The translations under genes and the position numbers were made by a program. Source: a virus. From it: a DNA stretch of 64,000 bases. Below the pieces are notes generated by a model that was given only the letters and a program-made list of their open reading frames with translations, ran no database searches and was not told the origin of the DNA. Positions 1 to 9,814 of this stretch are shown here, piece by piece (within the stretch, counting starts at the first letter, position 1; each line of letters starts with the position of its first letter). The stretch covers positions 1 to 64,000 of the IMG/VR virus record IMGVR_UViG_3300042311_001406; one strand, given 5' to 3'.

Positions 1-538
1 TGGAGGCCGCCGTCGGGTTGCCAGGCTGGCTCTCGACGTCGGTCCGCATGGTGGCTGCCGGCTTCGTGTCGCTCTTCAACTTCTTCGCCAGCTCCTTCTC
101 CTTGAGCAGGCGAGACACGTGCGCCGCGGCGCCCGACGTCGTCTTTGGCAACGGCTTCACTGGCTGCCTGCTGGAGACTTCCGTTGCAGGCTCCGGGTAC
201 GGCTCCGTTGGCCCCAGACGGATCGACCCCTTGGAGTCGGTGTCGGTGTGCGGCGTGAAGTCGGCTGTCTTCTCGGCGACGACGACGGCGGTCTCGACGA
301 CAGCGGCTGGCTTCGGCGCCTCGAAGCCTTCATCGGGAATCGAGTATTCCTTGTCGCCTTCAAACGCACTGGAGCGTCGGGTGCTTTGCACGGGTCGATC
401 GTACGCAGGCGCGTACGAAGGACGACCAGCTGACGCCTGCTTCTGGGCGTAGAAGCCGCCACCCGAGTCCGACCCGACGTTGCTTGCGCGCATCGCGTCG
501 GGTGACGGCGGCGGGAAGATCTCATCAAACACTGACAT
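1..538 (-). CDS. Hypothetical low-complexity protein, truncated at window start; carries K-x-A motifs (QKQAS, EKTAD)
   Basis: Not in ORF track. ATG at 538 preceded by GAGGAG; frame open to position 1 (MSVFDEIFPPPSPDAMRASNVGSDSGGGFYAQKQAS...). Confidence 0.75.
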   Translation of the reverse strand, partial: MSVFDEIFPPPSPDAMRASNVGSDSGGGFYAQKQASAGRPSYAPAYDRPVQSTRRSSAFEGDKEYSIPDEGFEAPKPAAVVETAVVVAEKTADFTPHTDTDSKGSIRLGPTEPYPEPATEVSSRQPVKPLPKTTSGAAAHVSRLLKEKELAKKLKSDTKPAATMRTDVESQPGNPTAAS

Positions 539-553
539 GTGTTGCTCCTCTGA

Positions 554-1219
554 TCAGCGCACGAACGAGAGGATGATGTCCTTCTCGATGTCGTTCGCAC
601 CCTTGAAAGATTCGAGCGTCGCCGCCTTGGCCACGACGTCGCTGGACACGAGCGCTTTCTCAGCAGCAACCTTGTCGAACTTGCTCAGCACTTCAGCGGT
701 CACCTTGCGACCGCCGACATCGACATGAGGCTTGGCGCCAAGGCTGGCGATCTTCTCGTTGTCGACGATGAGGAACACGGTGCTCACGGCGTTCGGAATG
801 ACAGCTCGCAGGCGTGGGCTGAAGACCTCTTCGTCGAAGGCGGCAATCTTCTCACAGAGCATGTCGAGCATGTCCCAGCGCAGCTTGTCGTTTTTCTCTT
901 CGGCGATGCGCATTCCGGCCGTCTTGAGGTGCTTGATGCGGTTCTCTTCGACGCGGTCACGAGCCTCGGTGAGGCGGACATCCATGAAAGCCTCGAAGTT
1001 TTCGCTCAGCTCGCGGCCAGCACGGCGGCGGATCTCCAGTGCGGCGCCACCGTCGATGTCGAACTGGTCGCAAGCACTGGCGATCTTGCGCATGCCGGAG
1101 AGCTGCTCGGCAACAGGAAGCCGATCCATCGTCAGGCGGAAGCGCTCAGCGCTCACCTTCGTGTGATCTCGGTCGGTGATCGGGAACAGGCTCTTGCTTT
1201 CCACCGCAAACGTATGCAT
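554..1219 (-). CDS. Hypothetical phage protein with five K-x-A motifs, possibly head-associated
   Basis: ORF 554..1273; likely start ATG 1219 after AGGAG; RKIAS, LKTAG, EKIAA, EKIAS, DKVAA. Confidence 0.75.
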   Translation of the reverse strand: MHTFAVESKSLFPITDRDHTKVSAERFRLTMDRLPVAEQLSGMRKIASACDQFDIDGGAALEIRRRAGRELSENFEAFMDVRLTEARDRVEENRIKHLKTAGMRIAEEKNDKLRWDMLDMLCEKIAAFDEEVFSPRLRAVIPNAVSTVFLIVDNEKIASLGAKPHVDVGGRKVTAEVLSKFDKVAAEKALVSSDVVAKAATLESFKGANDIEKDIILSFVR

Positions 1220-1364
1220 CTCGCGCTCCTGTGAATGTGCAGTGGAATGTACCACCGACGGCGTGACCAGCACAGCATGTAGCCTCCGCTGAAAATAATA
1301 ACAACACCCATCTTGCGGTTATTACGATCCGTGCTACCCGCTGAGCAGCAGAAGGAGGTCACAC

Positions 1365-2432
1365 ATGGCCGCGAAGAAGAAAACGAAGACCAGCCTCGAC
1401 ACCGGCAGCGGCGTAGACGGCATCATCTGGATCAACGGCCTTGGTTTCCGCCGATCCGCCCTGGCTGACATTGTCGAGAATGGCGCTGACTCCATGAGGA
1501 TTGATCAGGCTGTCGGCGCTGTGATGGCCGTTGGCTCTGAGCCTGGTCGACCATGTGTCGAGGGCAAGGAGCCGTCGCGCATCGAGGCTGCCGCCGCACT
1601 CCCGGTGAAGACATCCGTCGCCAGCGAGCATGGTGTCCTGCTGTACCCGCGCGTTGACGGAGGCATCCTGCAGATCGCCAGCGGATCATCCCGCTATGAG
1701 ATGCCAAGCCTTTCGCACTGGGATTCTTTCGAGGCTGACCTGTTCAACGATGTGCCCATGCAATCCAAGGTCCTGGGCGCCTTCAAGAATGAGAAAGGAC
1801 AGCGCATCAAGAACCTGCAGCGCGTCAACGAAGCCATCTCGCTGATTGGCAAAATCCCTGACGCCACACGATGGCTCTTCTTCTGGATGACGACCAGCGA
1901 AGAAGGGCAGAAGCTCTTCACCGTCGACATGGTTGAAGATTCCCTCAAGAACCCGGCTGGAGGCGCAGCCATCCGCAAGGCCTTCGCGGAAGCTGGCCTC
2001 ATGAAGATGACGACGCACTACGCGTCGCCCATCGCCACGGCCCTGTCGCGCCACAACACACTCTCGCTGTTGGTGAGCGCACAGCAGATCATCCTGAAGA
2101 AGGAACTCGTCGTTCCTGCGCTGACAGCCATCCTGGCCAACTTCGCTGAAGCCAAACGTGTCGCGTTCGCCGACATCTTCGACAAGGCGCCAGCGGCAAC
2201 GCAGCGCGAGCTCATCACAACGCTGTTCACAAAGGCAGCCAAGAGTCCTGAGGCTGGCGCTTTCGTGCTTTGGAACTTCGACAACGGACACGTCGGCAGC
2301 GCCATGATCTCCACGTGGCTGCGAGGCCAGAACCAGAACTTTTGGGAGTGGGCGACGCGCGTCGTGATCGGGGCCTGCGTCACCGACAACTACGGCAACA
2401 TCGTCAAGGGCCTGCTGCGGGAACCGGCATGA
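1365..2432 (+). CDS. Hypothetical protein (355 aa)
   Basis: AAGGAGG SD, genome-typical codon use, divergent from 554..1219. Confidence 0.8.
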   Translation: MAAKKKTKTSLDTGSGVDGIIWINGLGFRRSALADIVENGADSMRIDQAVGAVMAVGSEPGRPCVEGKEPSRIEAAAALPVKTSVASEHGVLLYPRVDGGILQIASGSSRYEMPSLSHWDSFEADLFNDVPMQSKVLGAFKNEKGQRIKNLQRVNEAISLIGKIPDATRWLFFWMTTSEEGQKLFTVDMVEDSLKNPAGGAAIRKAFAEAGLMKMTTHYASPIATALSRHNTLSLLVSAQQIILKKELVVPALTAILANFAEAKRVAFADIFDKAPAATQRELITTLFTKAAKSPEAGAFVLWNFDNGHVGSAMISTWLRGQNQNFWEWATRVVIGACVTDNYGNIVKGLLREPA

Positions 2433-2815
2433 GCGGCACCAGGGAGCCAAACGCCATGAGCCTCGCCCTGGTGATGGTCGGCCAGGGATGGTCGGCCGTT
2501 TTGAGGCAGTGGACACCAGCGCAGTTGACACCTCGTCGGCTTCGTGCGGCGATCCTCATCCTGAAGAACCACAAGTTCGATGTGCCTCCTGAGGCGATCT
2601 TGGCTTTGGAAAAATCTACGGCATTGAAACCAACAAAGAAGAAGTCTGATGGCGACATGGACTTCAAGGTCACGACGAACGGGCGAGCAAGCATTCCGGT
2701 TTCGGATCTGCTCGGTATTCCAGCTGGACACATGGTGCGCGTCTCTCGTCATGTCGACGGATACGGCTGCCCTGTTTTGACAATGAAGCCAGCCGATCCA
2801 CAAGTCGGCCGGTGA
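2429..2815 (+). CDS. Protein with C-terminal AbrB/MazE-like swapped-hairpin DNA-binding domain
   Basis: ATGA overlap with upstream stop; KVTTNGRASIPVSDLLGIPAGHMVRV resembles the AbrB pattern KVxxxGRIxIP...LGIxxGxxV. Confidence 0.55.
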   Translation: MSGTREPNAMSLALVMVGQGWSAVLRQWTPAQLTPRRLRAAILILKNHKFDVPPEAILALEKSTALKPTKKKSDGDMDFKVTTNGRASIPVSDLLGIPAGHMVRVSRHVDGYGCPVLTMKPADPQVGR

Positions 2816-2824
2816 GAGGGAATC

Positions 2825-3181
2825 ATGTTTACCAAGGAAGACATCATCAATCTGGAGAAGGTGCGGCTGATGTCGCACATTCAAAACCTCAGAACAGCAA
2901 CCAAGGCGATCGACGACCTGAAAGCGCAGCAGAAATCTGTGAATGAGCAGATCAGTCTCGCTTGCGACCAGCAGCGCCAGGTGCTGTGTCAGGCGACCGT
3001 GGAAGCCAAAGACCAGATCCACAGGCTGTTCGAGTTGCTTGGTGAGCAGGGCGTCAAAGAGTACGTCGAAAGCCTCGACGCTGACGACGTGATACTGTCG
3101 CTTGGCGCCACCAGCACGGCTGACGCTGAAGCCAAGATGCGACAGACGCTGGCATCCCTCAAGACAGCGAAGTCATCGTGA
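2825..3181 (+). CDS. Hypothetical coiled-coil protein
   Basis: GAGGGA SD; heptad-like helical sequence. Confidence 0.7.
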   Translation: MFTKEDIINLEKVRLMSHIQNLRTATKAIDDLKAQQKSVNEQISLACDQQRQVLCQATVEAKDQIHRLFELLGEQGVKEYVESLDADDVILSLGATSTADAEAKMRQTLASLKTAKSS

Positions 3182-3750
3182 CGTCGCGGCGCCAACTTCC
3201 GCTGGTCAACGACCAGTCAAGCAACCTCGTCCGCTGCCATCGTCACGGGTACACCAGCATCTCGCCGCAGGCTTGCTTGGAGAAGGCGTCCAAGCACTAC
3301 GAGCTGTGTGGCTCATGCGGCCACAGCGAATCGTCCATGAAGCGTCTCGCCGAGGCTGTTTCCGGTGGCTATGTTCGTCTCGCTGCGCTAGCACGTGAAG
3401 GAAGGCTCGGATCAGTCAGTGATCCGCACATCAACAATGAGGACCGGCCGCACGAAGGCCGACCAGGAGAGAAAAGAGTGAATACCGAGATCGTTTTTAT
3501 CAACGGCATGCTTGTGCTGTCGAGCCTCTACAAAGTCACCAGCCGCGGAGGTCTCGACAAGGAATACTCGATCGAGTTTGAGCGCTCGCTCATGAACCGC
3601 CGCGACCTCAACTCGGTCCAGGTCTTCGTGTACAGCGCCGGCCGCATCCAGGCTCGCGGTGAGTGGCAGCGCCCTGCCGACTACACCGACCCGGAAGACA
3701 AGTACAAGATCCGCCTCAAGTCCGTCTCTGGCGGCGAGTTCCCGGTCTGA
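3178..3750 (+). CDS. Hypothetical protein with N-terminal Cys/His cluster
   Basis: GTGA overlap; CHRHG...C...CGSCGH. Confidence 0.65.
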   Translation: MTSRRQLPLVNDQSSNLVRCHRHGYTSISPQACLEKASKHYELCGSCGHSESSMKRLAEAVSGGYVRLAALAREGRLGSVSDPHINNEDRPHEGRPGEKRVNTEIVFINGMLVLSSLYKVTSRGGLDKEYSIEFERSLMNRRDLNSVQVFVYSAGRIQARGEWQRPADYTDPEDKYKIRLKSVSGGEFPV

Positions 3751-3777
3751 TCTCACACCACCGTCCAGGAGGGCAGC

Positions 3778-4464
3778 ATGTCCGAAGAAGAAGTGAACGA
3801 AGAGAAGCCGATCGACGTCTTGAAGCTTGGTCGATCTGAACTCGAAAGCCTTTCGGCTGAGCAGGTGGCGTATGTCATCGGCATCAGCCTTCGCCGTCAA
3901 TCTCCACGTGTCTTCGACGCTGTGAAAGCAGCACTGAAGGGTCGGGAGTCGGACGTCATCCGCGCGATGATCAGTGCTGGCTACAAGTACGTCTCGCCTG
4001 AAATCGAGATCATGCCCGGTCTCAAGGTCTCGTTTCAGACCATGTACGAGCTGCAGTTGAGCGACGTGTATGAGACGACGGCGGCGGCGGCGCGCACAGC
4101 GAAGAGCCAGAACATCGCACCATCGATGATGAGCAAGTTGTTCCTGTGCTACAGCATCCACCGCTTGAACGGCGACTACCTCGGCCAGACCGAGTTCGGT
4201 ACGACGTTCTTCGAGTCGATGGAGCAGGACATCGTCTCGGCTGAGAAGTCGATGATCGCGGCTCGTGAGAAGCGCATGCATGCGATTTCTCGCATGTCGC
4301 CAACGATCATCTCGGCGCTGTCGGCGGCCCAGCAGTCGTTCCAGCTCTTTGTGGACGGCGTTATCGACTATCGCCCCACTGGCGACATCGTTGCTGACAC
4401 CGAGCGAGCGCAGGCCCTGGTGGGTGAAGTGGGAAAATCACAAGGTCCAGATCGGGCTGGGTAG
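3778..4464 (+). CDS. Tail assembly chaperone (gpG-like)
   Basis: AGGAGG SD; upstream of tape measure gene; in-frame slippery heptamer G GGA AAA near its end. Confidence 0.75.
   Translation: MSEEEVNEEKPIDVLKLGRSELESLSAEQVAYVIGISLRRQSPRVFDAVKAALKGRESDVIRAMISAGYKYVSPEIEIMPGLKVSFQTMYELQLSDVYETTAAAARTAKSQNIAPSMMSKLFLCYSIHRLNGDYLGQTEFGTTFFESMEQDIVSAEKSMIAAREKRMHAISRMSPTIISALSAAQQSFQLFVDGVIDYRPTGDIVADTERAQALVGEVGKSQGPDRAG
4431..4437 (+). promoter_or_regulatory. Programmed -1 ribosomal frameshift site (GGGAAAA)
   Basis: X XXY YYZ heptamer in the correct phase (GTG GGA AAA); the -1 frame is open from 4437 to TGA 4776-4778. Confidence 0.85.
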
Positions 4465-4778
4465 ACGCGAACCTCCGTTACGACGGGATTCGCACCCACG
4501 GCATTCTCCATCGGCTGCAGGCGGAGAATGTGTTCTGGGCCAGAACAGAGCTGCTCACACGACTCGTGGAGCTCTTTGTTGTGACCACGCTTCCTGACGA
4601 CGCCAGCCAAGGTCGACGAGACAAGGTGCTGGCTTCATTCAGGATGGTGCAGGAGGCCCTGTTCCCGTACTCGCAAGGTGAACGCCTGGAGCGAGAGCAG
4701 CGGCTGAAGCAGAAGATGGATTCCCCTGAGATGCAGAAGGAATTCACCGTCACAGCACAGAAGGCGCCACGAGACTGA
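4437..4778 (+). CDS. Frameshifted C-terminal part of the chaperone (gpGT-like fusion, about 333 aa from 3778)
   Basis: -1 frame reads ITRSRSGWVDANLRYDGIRTHGILHRLQAENVFWARTELL... and includes track ORF 4530..4778. Confidence 0.75.
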   Translation: MTRSRSGWVDANLRYDGIRTHGILHRLQAENVFWARTELLTRLVELFVVTTLPDDASQGRRDKVLASFRMVQEALFPYSQGERLEREQRLKQKMDSPEMQKEFTVTAQKAPRD

Positions 4779-4832
4779 GATGCCGCCGACAGAGTCCTGT
4801 CGGCGGCTTTCGTTTCGGGCTACAGTGCGTGC

Positions 4833-7800
4833 ATGGTTGAGCCAAGCTACGGTTACGCCGGCACCCTCGACATGCTCTCGCGAAACCGCCCCTCGGAGGG
4901 CGGGAGCAGTCTGTATTCGGCGGCCAGTGAGCTGTCGAGCGCCGCGCGCATCATGCAGATGAGCCAGGGCGGCGTCTCGAACCAAACGCAGGCCATCGCT
5001 GCGATGGCTCAACAGCAACAGCAGCAGTCCCAGCAGATTGCACAGCTGATCAGTGGGCTGAGTTTCAACATCAGCCAGCTGTCTTCTGCCGTTGCGCAGA
5101 GTGTGGGTGCGCAGCGCGCTGCATCGCTCGCCACGCCACCGCTGGTGCAGTCGACTGGCGGCTTCATGCCAGGCGGCTTTGGCCACTCCGGCATGTCGGC
5201 GTTCAACCCGATGCCGATGATGTCGGCGCTCGGTGGCGGCGCGATGGCCGCTGGCCGACTCTTCGCTGGTGGCGCCAATCTGGCGATGCGCGGCATTGGC
5301 TACGCTGGTGGTGCCATGGCGTCGCCGTTCCTCGGTGGCCAGTACATGGGGCCTGGTGCTGGCCAGATGATGGGCACCTTCGGCAACGCAGGCTTCGCTC
5401 GAAGCTTCGCTGGCGGCATGGGCCTGAACATGGGCCTGCGTCCCGGCCAGTTCGCCATGGGCACCGAAGCGGCAGCAGACCGAGCTGGGTTCAAGGCTGG
5501 CGAGATCGCGATTGGTGCTGGTGCCGGCATCATGAATCTCGGCGGCAGCGTAATCGGCGGCCTGGGTCGCATGGGCGGACTGGCGGGCGGTCTTGGTGGC
5601 ATGCTGGGCGGCGCCCTCGGCGGCCAGATGGGGCCTGTCGGCGGCGCCCTTGGCACCATCGGCGGCACGGCTCTCGGCGGCTTCGCTATGGGTGGCCCAG
5701 CGGGAGCCGCGGCTGCCTTGGCCGGTCTCGCCATCACGAAGGCCGTGGAGGCCACCGTCGGCAAGATCGTCGAGAAAGCTGGCGAGATCCGCGGGAGCGG
5801 CGAGATGTTCGGGCGCAACGCGTTCCGCATGGGCGGCTCGCGACGCATGTCTCAGGTCGATCGCACGCAATTCGGCGTCGGCATGAGCAAGATGGCGACT
5901 GAAGACCTGACCTACAACATGCAAGATCTCCAAGAGATCATGGCTGGCGGCATCGAGAACGACATGTTCCGTGGCGTCAACGGCGCGCGTCAGGCTCAGC
6001 AGCGCATGCGCGAACTGAAGGACACCGTCAAGACGATCAGCCAGACGCTTGGCACCAGCATTCGCGAATCCATGGATGTGATGAACTCCATGCAGGGTCT
6101 TGGCATCGCTCCATCTGGCCAGATGAGTGCCATCCTCAGTGGATCAACAATCCAAGGCATGACTCGTGGTGAGGCTCTGCAGGGAAGCATGAGCTTCTCG
6201 AACCGATTTGCTGGCACCGGATTCCAAGGTCGCGGCCTCTTCAATCTCGGCACGCAGAGTCAGGGCCTTGGCCAAACGGCCATGCGCATGGGCCTGCTGA
6301 GCTCTGAGCAAATCGCAGCGGTTGGTGGCCGCCAGGGTGTTGGTCAGGTCATGGGCAACGTGACCATGGGCTTGGCGCAGAGCGGTCTCGGCACGATGAA
6401 CATGGCGGCGGCGATGCGTCGAGGCCATGCCGGTGTGAGCGGGAACGCCATGTCCGCGCTGTCTCAGGCGGGCGGTGCCGGGGGCGCCAGCGATCTCGTC
6501 GACTTCGCCGCCAACAAGAGCGAGTTGATGCGTGACGCCATCAACGATCCAGCGTTCCGCCTCAACATGCTGGCGCAGGTCTCCTCGATCGCCGATCAGT
6601 TTGCTGGTCAGGGCACGAAGAAGAATCGAATGAAGCTGGCGCTCAAGAGCTTCGGCATTGATGGCGCTGAGGCTGGCGTCTTCATGGCGATGATGGAGGC
6701 TGAGCCGCAGGCACAGCGCGACAGGCTCAACGAACTCCAGCGCGCCCGCAGCGACCTGCAGGCGAACCAGATCGCCGAGAACTACGACATTGGCGCTCTC
6801 GCGAGCCGCAAGGTTGGACGTCTGCTTGGTGGCCCTGCGGCGGCTGTGGCACGTGGAGCGGCAACGCTGGGTGACGCCGTCAACAACACGTCGCTGCGGA
6901 TGCGCAATGCCATCTTCGGCATCGGTCCAGACGTGTCGATGCGCACGAGCGATGTCACCGCCGAAGCGGCGCTGGCTTCTTTGAGCCGCACCGGTGTCGT
7001 CGGAGACGCTGGCGTCATCAACAGCTCGCCAACTTCTGACGACCAGAAGATTGCCAAGGACGCCGTCGAGGCCTTGAAGATCGACGGCGACTCCGACTTG
7101 TCGACGCTCCAGAACACGGACAACGACTCTGACAAGAAGACCGCGGCGAGCAGCCTGATCCAGAAGCTGACCCAAAACGTCGGCGACAACAGCCCCGAGA
7201 TGAAGAAGGCGCTGGCGATGGCCTTGGCAGCGGCGACCGGCCAAGACGTCAACGGCCTCCTGTTTGGCAGCGGCGGCATGGGGGCCAGCGCTGAGCGCCT
7301 GGCTGGTGCTCAGGCGATGAACGATGCCCTGCGGAGCGCGCTCACGGGCGGCGGTGAGACCGCGGCAGGCGTTGGCCTGGGGGCAGGCATCGGCATGGGC
7401 ATCGGCGCCCTGCTGTCGCCGTTCACGGGTGGCGCCAGCATCCTGGCCGGTGGCGCCCTCGGCGGCTACCTGGGCAACAAAGTCGCTGGCAACCAGTTCA
7501 GCGACGAAGACATGAACCGCGTGATGCGTTCGCCTGCGGCGCTGCGCATGCTGAAGAACAAGCAGAAGCTCGCCAGCGGCAACCTGTCCGCCGAGGAAGC
7601 CGCCAAGGTTCGGCAGGAGATCAACGCGGACAAAGCCTCGCTGAGCGGTGAAGGCACCAGCGACAACATCATCCAGCGCCTCGACAGCCTGAGTGGTGGC
7701 AGCCTCGACGCGGCAGTCAAGACCATCGTGTCTGGCGCTGCTGATGCGGCCAGCCTTGGCTTCGACCTCTCGCTGCAGGGCGGTATGAGCGCGGCCCGTA

Positions 7801-8237
7801 TGGCTGCAGAGGAAGCTGGTCTTGGCGGCCTGAGCACGCAGCTTTCTGGCGGCGTCGACAACCTTGGCGCAGCGCTGTCGTCGATCGCAGGCCTCTCGGG
7901 AGAAGATCGCGAATCCCTCAAGGCACACGGCGGCGACGCGCTCATCAAGGCAGCCAGCATCAACAGCAGCATGACCGATGCGCAGCTGCAGAAGATCCTG
8001 GGCACAGACGCTGTCTTGAACAAAGACGGCACCGTCAACGTGGCCGCCAGCCAGCGCAAGATCATCGCCGCCAGCGGCGCCATGGACAGCAACCGTGCTG
8101 CTGGTGTCGGCAGCTCGGCGTTCACGGCTGAGCAGACGCGAGCCCAGGTGCAGCTCTCCGCCCAGATCCAGCAAACGGCTTCGCTGCTGAAGGATACCGT
8201 GCAGGTCATCGAAGCAATGAAGCTGAAGGGGAAATGA
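4833..8237 (+). CDS. Tail tape measure protein (1134 aa)
   Basis: Long Gly/Ala/Met-rich helical protein with glycine-zipper hydrophobic segments, directly after the G/GT chaperone. Confidence 0.75.
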   Translation: MVEPSYGYAGTLDMLSRNRPSEGGSSLYSAASELSSAARIMQMSQGGVSNQTQAIAAMAQQQQQQSQQIAQLISGLSFNISQLSSAVAQSVGAQRAASLATPPLVQSTGGFMPGGFGHSGMSAFNPMPMMSALGGGAMAAGRLFAGGANLAMRGIGYAGGAMASPFLGGQYMGPGAGQMMGTFGNAGFARSFAGGMGLNMGLRPGQFAMGTEAAADRAGFKAGEIAIGAGAGIMNLGGSVIGGLGRMGGLAGGLGGMLGGALGGQMGPVGGALGTIGGTALGGFAMGGPAGAAAALAGLAITKAVEATVGKIVEKAGEIRGSGEMFGRNAFRMGGSRRMSQVDRTQFGVGMSKMATEDLTYNMQDLQEIMAGGIENDMFRGVNGARQAQQRMRELKDTVKTISQTLGTSIRESMDVMNSMQGLGIAPSGQMSAILSGSTIQGMTRGEALQGSMSFSNRFAGTGFQGRGLFNLGTQSQGLGQTAMRMGLLSSEQIAAVGGRQGVGQVMGNVTMGLAQSGLGTMNMAAAMRRGHAGVSGNAMSALSQAGGAGGASDLVDFAANKSELMRDAINDPAFRLNMLAQVSSIADQFAGQGTKKNRMKLALKSFGIDGAEAGVFMAMMEAEPQAQRDRLNELQRARSDLQANQIAENYDIGALASRKVGRLLGGPAAAVARGAATLGDAVNNTSLRMRNAIFGIGPDVSMRTSDVTAEAALASLSRTGVVGDAGVINSSPTSDDQKIAKDAVEALKIDGDSDLSTLQNTDNDSDKKTAASSLIQKLTQNVGDNSPEMKKALAMALAAATGQDVNGLLFGSGGMGASAERLAGAQAMNDALRSALTGGGETAAGVGLGAGIGMGIGALLSPFTGGASILAGGALGGYLGNKVAGNQFSDEDMNRVMRSPAALRMLKNKQKLASGNLSAEEAAKVRQEINADKASLSGEGTSDNIIQRLDSLSGGSLDAAVKTIVSGAADAASLGFDLSLQGGMSAARMAAEEAGLGGLSTQLSGGVDNLGAALSSIAGLSGEDRESLKAHGGDALIKAASINSSMTDAQLQKILGTDAVLNKDGTVNVAASQRKIIAASGAMDSNRAAGVGSSAFTAEQTRAQVQLSAQIQQTASLLKDTVQVIEAMKLKGK

Positions 8238-9814
8238 TGACGTCAACGACCTTCTTCAAGACCGCGACTCCATCGAACCGGGTCACGAGCCGCGATGTCG
8301 TCGCGACACGGACCGCAGGCGCGCTCGACGTCGTGACAAACCCAAGCCTTGGGTCATCTGTCGATGGCGCACTGTCGAGCGTCATGCCGAGCGGTGCGCG
8401 ACTGAACGGGCCGGCGACCATCAGCCAGCTCAACGTGCTCAACCCTTCGAGTGAAGACTTCACGGGCGCCATGGCGGAGCGCGACATTGGCGCCGTCCCC
8501 GTCGGCGACTACATCAAGCACACGTCATTCAAAACCGGCAGCAAGCTGATCATCCGAATCGTGCAGATGTCGGCGACCTCTACTTCGGTGAAGTCGAAGT
8601 TCGGCGAGAACAAGAGCAACCGAGACATCTTCGCGCAGGCGGGACTGCAAGCTGTCAACGAGATCAGCGAAGAGAAGTTCCAGCTCTACGAGGGATTCGA
8701 CTCGCACAAGCTCCTCATGTTTGGTCGCAAGCCAAAGATCTGGAACTTCCAGCTGATGGTGCTCAACGGCGCTCGTCCTGGGACAGGCGAAGGAGCCACA
8801 GCTGAAGAGTACGAAGCCGAGAACATGGACTTCGCCGACGAGCTCTATCGGCGCTACGAGGCGTACTACGCCGGCACCAAGGCCGTCGAGGCTGATTCGC
8901 GCGTGTTCCTCAGTTACGAGGATCGGATCATCGAAGGCTACCTCGTCAACATGACGCTGGCACGCAACTCACAGGCTCCGGCTGTCGCGCCTATGAACAT
9001 GGTCGTCGTCGTCACCCATGACTCGTTCTCGACCAACAGCTTGGCGCCGCAAGACAACATGTCGATCAACGATCTGTTGGACCAGAAGAAAGAGTCCGAA
9101 GAGATGGCGACGTCGCTGTCTCCGACGGAACTTGTGAACGCTGTGCTGACGCCAGAGCAGCGCCAGGCCATCTACGAGGAGAACCAGTCGAACACGGCTG
9201 AAGCCCAGTCGCGTGCGAGTGACCTGAGGGAGCAGGCGCTGCGAGCGAAAGACCTGCAGCGCCAGGCGGCCACGATGTTCACGGCCGTGCAGGACATCAA
9301 GCAGCAGGCACAGGACGATCTGGTGTTGGCCGAGAGCGAAGCAGACAAGGCCCATGCCCTTGGCCTGATTGCTGAGATGGAAGCCAGGGAGCGTGAGCTG
9401 GTCGCCATGCAGCAGGACCTCGGCAAGACCGCGGCTCAAGCTGAAGGCCCGCTCACGTTCATGGGCGATCAAGCCCAGATGTCAGCGCTGGAAGAAGTGA
9501 CCAAGCAGCTCGACGCGGCTGAGCACGCGCAGAAGTCGATGGAGAACAACATGAAGTTCTCCACGGAGGGTGACCTGACATCGGCCTACGCCACCGACAA
9601 AACCTTCACGGACATCCTGCAGACGTACCCTGATGGGACTCGGCACCTGTTCAGCTACGTGACGAACGACAACGACCTCTCAAACGAGATATTCCTCGAC
9701 GAAGAGGGCGGTGTTACGCTGCTGATTGGCGAGCGCGACGTGAGCGACAATCCAGAGTACGATGACATCCCGGATGGGAAGACAACACGGCTCAAGAGGG
9801 TGTTCTCGAAATGA
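8234..9814 (+). CDS. Putative baseplate/tail-tube initiator protein with coiled-coil C-terminal half
   Basis: Overlaps the tape measure stop; beta-rich N-terminal domain; position in the tail operon. Confidence 0.5.
   Translation: MMTSTTFFKTATPSNRVTSRDVVATRTAGALDVVTNPSLGSSVDGALSSVMPSGARLNGPATISQLNVLNPSSEDFTGAMAERDIGAVPVGDYIKHTSFKTGSKLIIRIVQMSATSTSVKSKFGENKSNRDIFAQAGLQAVNEISEEKFQLYEGFDSHKLLMFGRKPKIWNFQLMVLNGARPGTGEGATAEEYEAENMDFADELYRRYEAYYAGTKAVEADSRVFLSYEDRIIEGYLVNMTLARNSQAPAVAPMNMVVVVTHDSFSTNSLAPQDNMSINDLLDQKKESEEMATSLSPTELVNAVLTPEQRQAIYEENQSNTAEAQSRASDLREQALRAKDLQRQAATMFTAVQDIKQQAQDDLVLAESEADKAHALGLIAEMEARERELVAMQQDLGKTAAQAEGPLTFMGDQAQMSALEEVTKQLDAAEHAQKSMENNMKFSTEGDLTSAYATDKTFTDILQTYPDGTRHLFSYVTNDNDLSNEIFLDEEGGVTLLIGERDVSDNPEYDDIPDGKTTRLKRVFSK

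Noticed and set aside
4635-8246. Long minus-strand ORFs (432 and 700 aa); likewise 37286..39295, 21481..23067, 44657..46270 and plus-strand 60397..61641
   Set aside because: Shadow frames opposite well-supported genes, with no motifs or start signals
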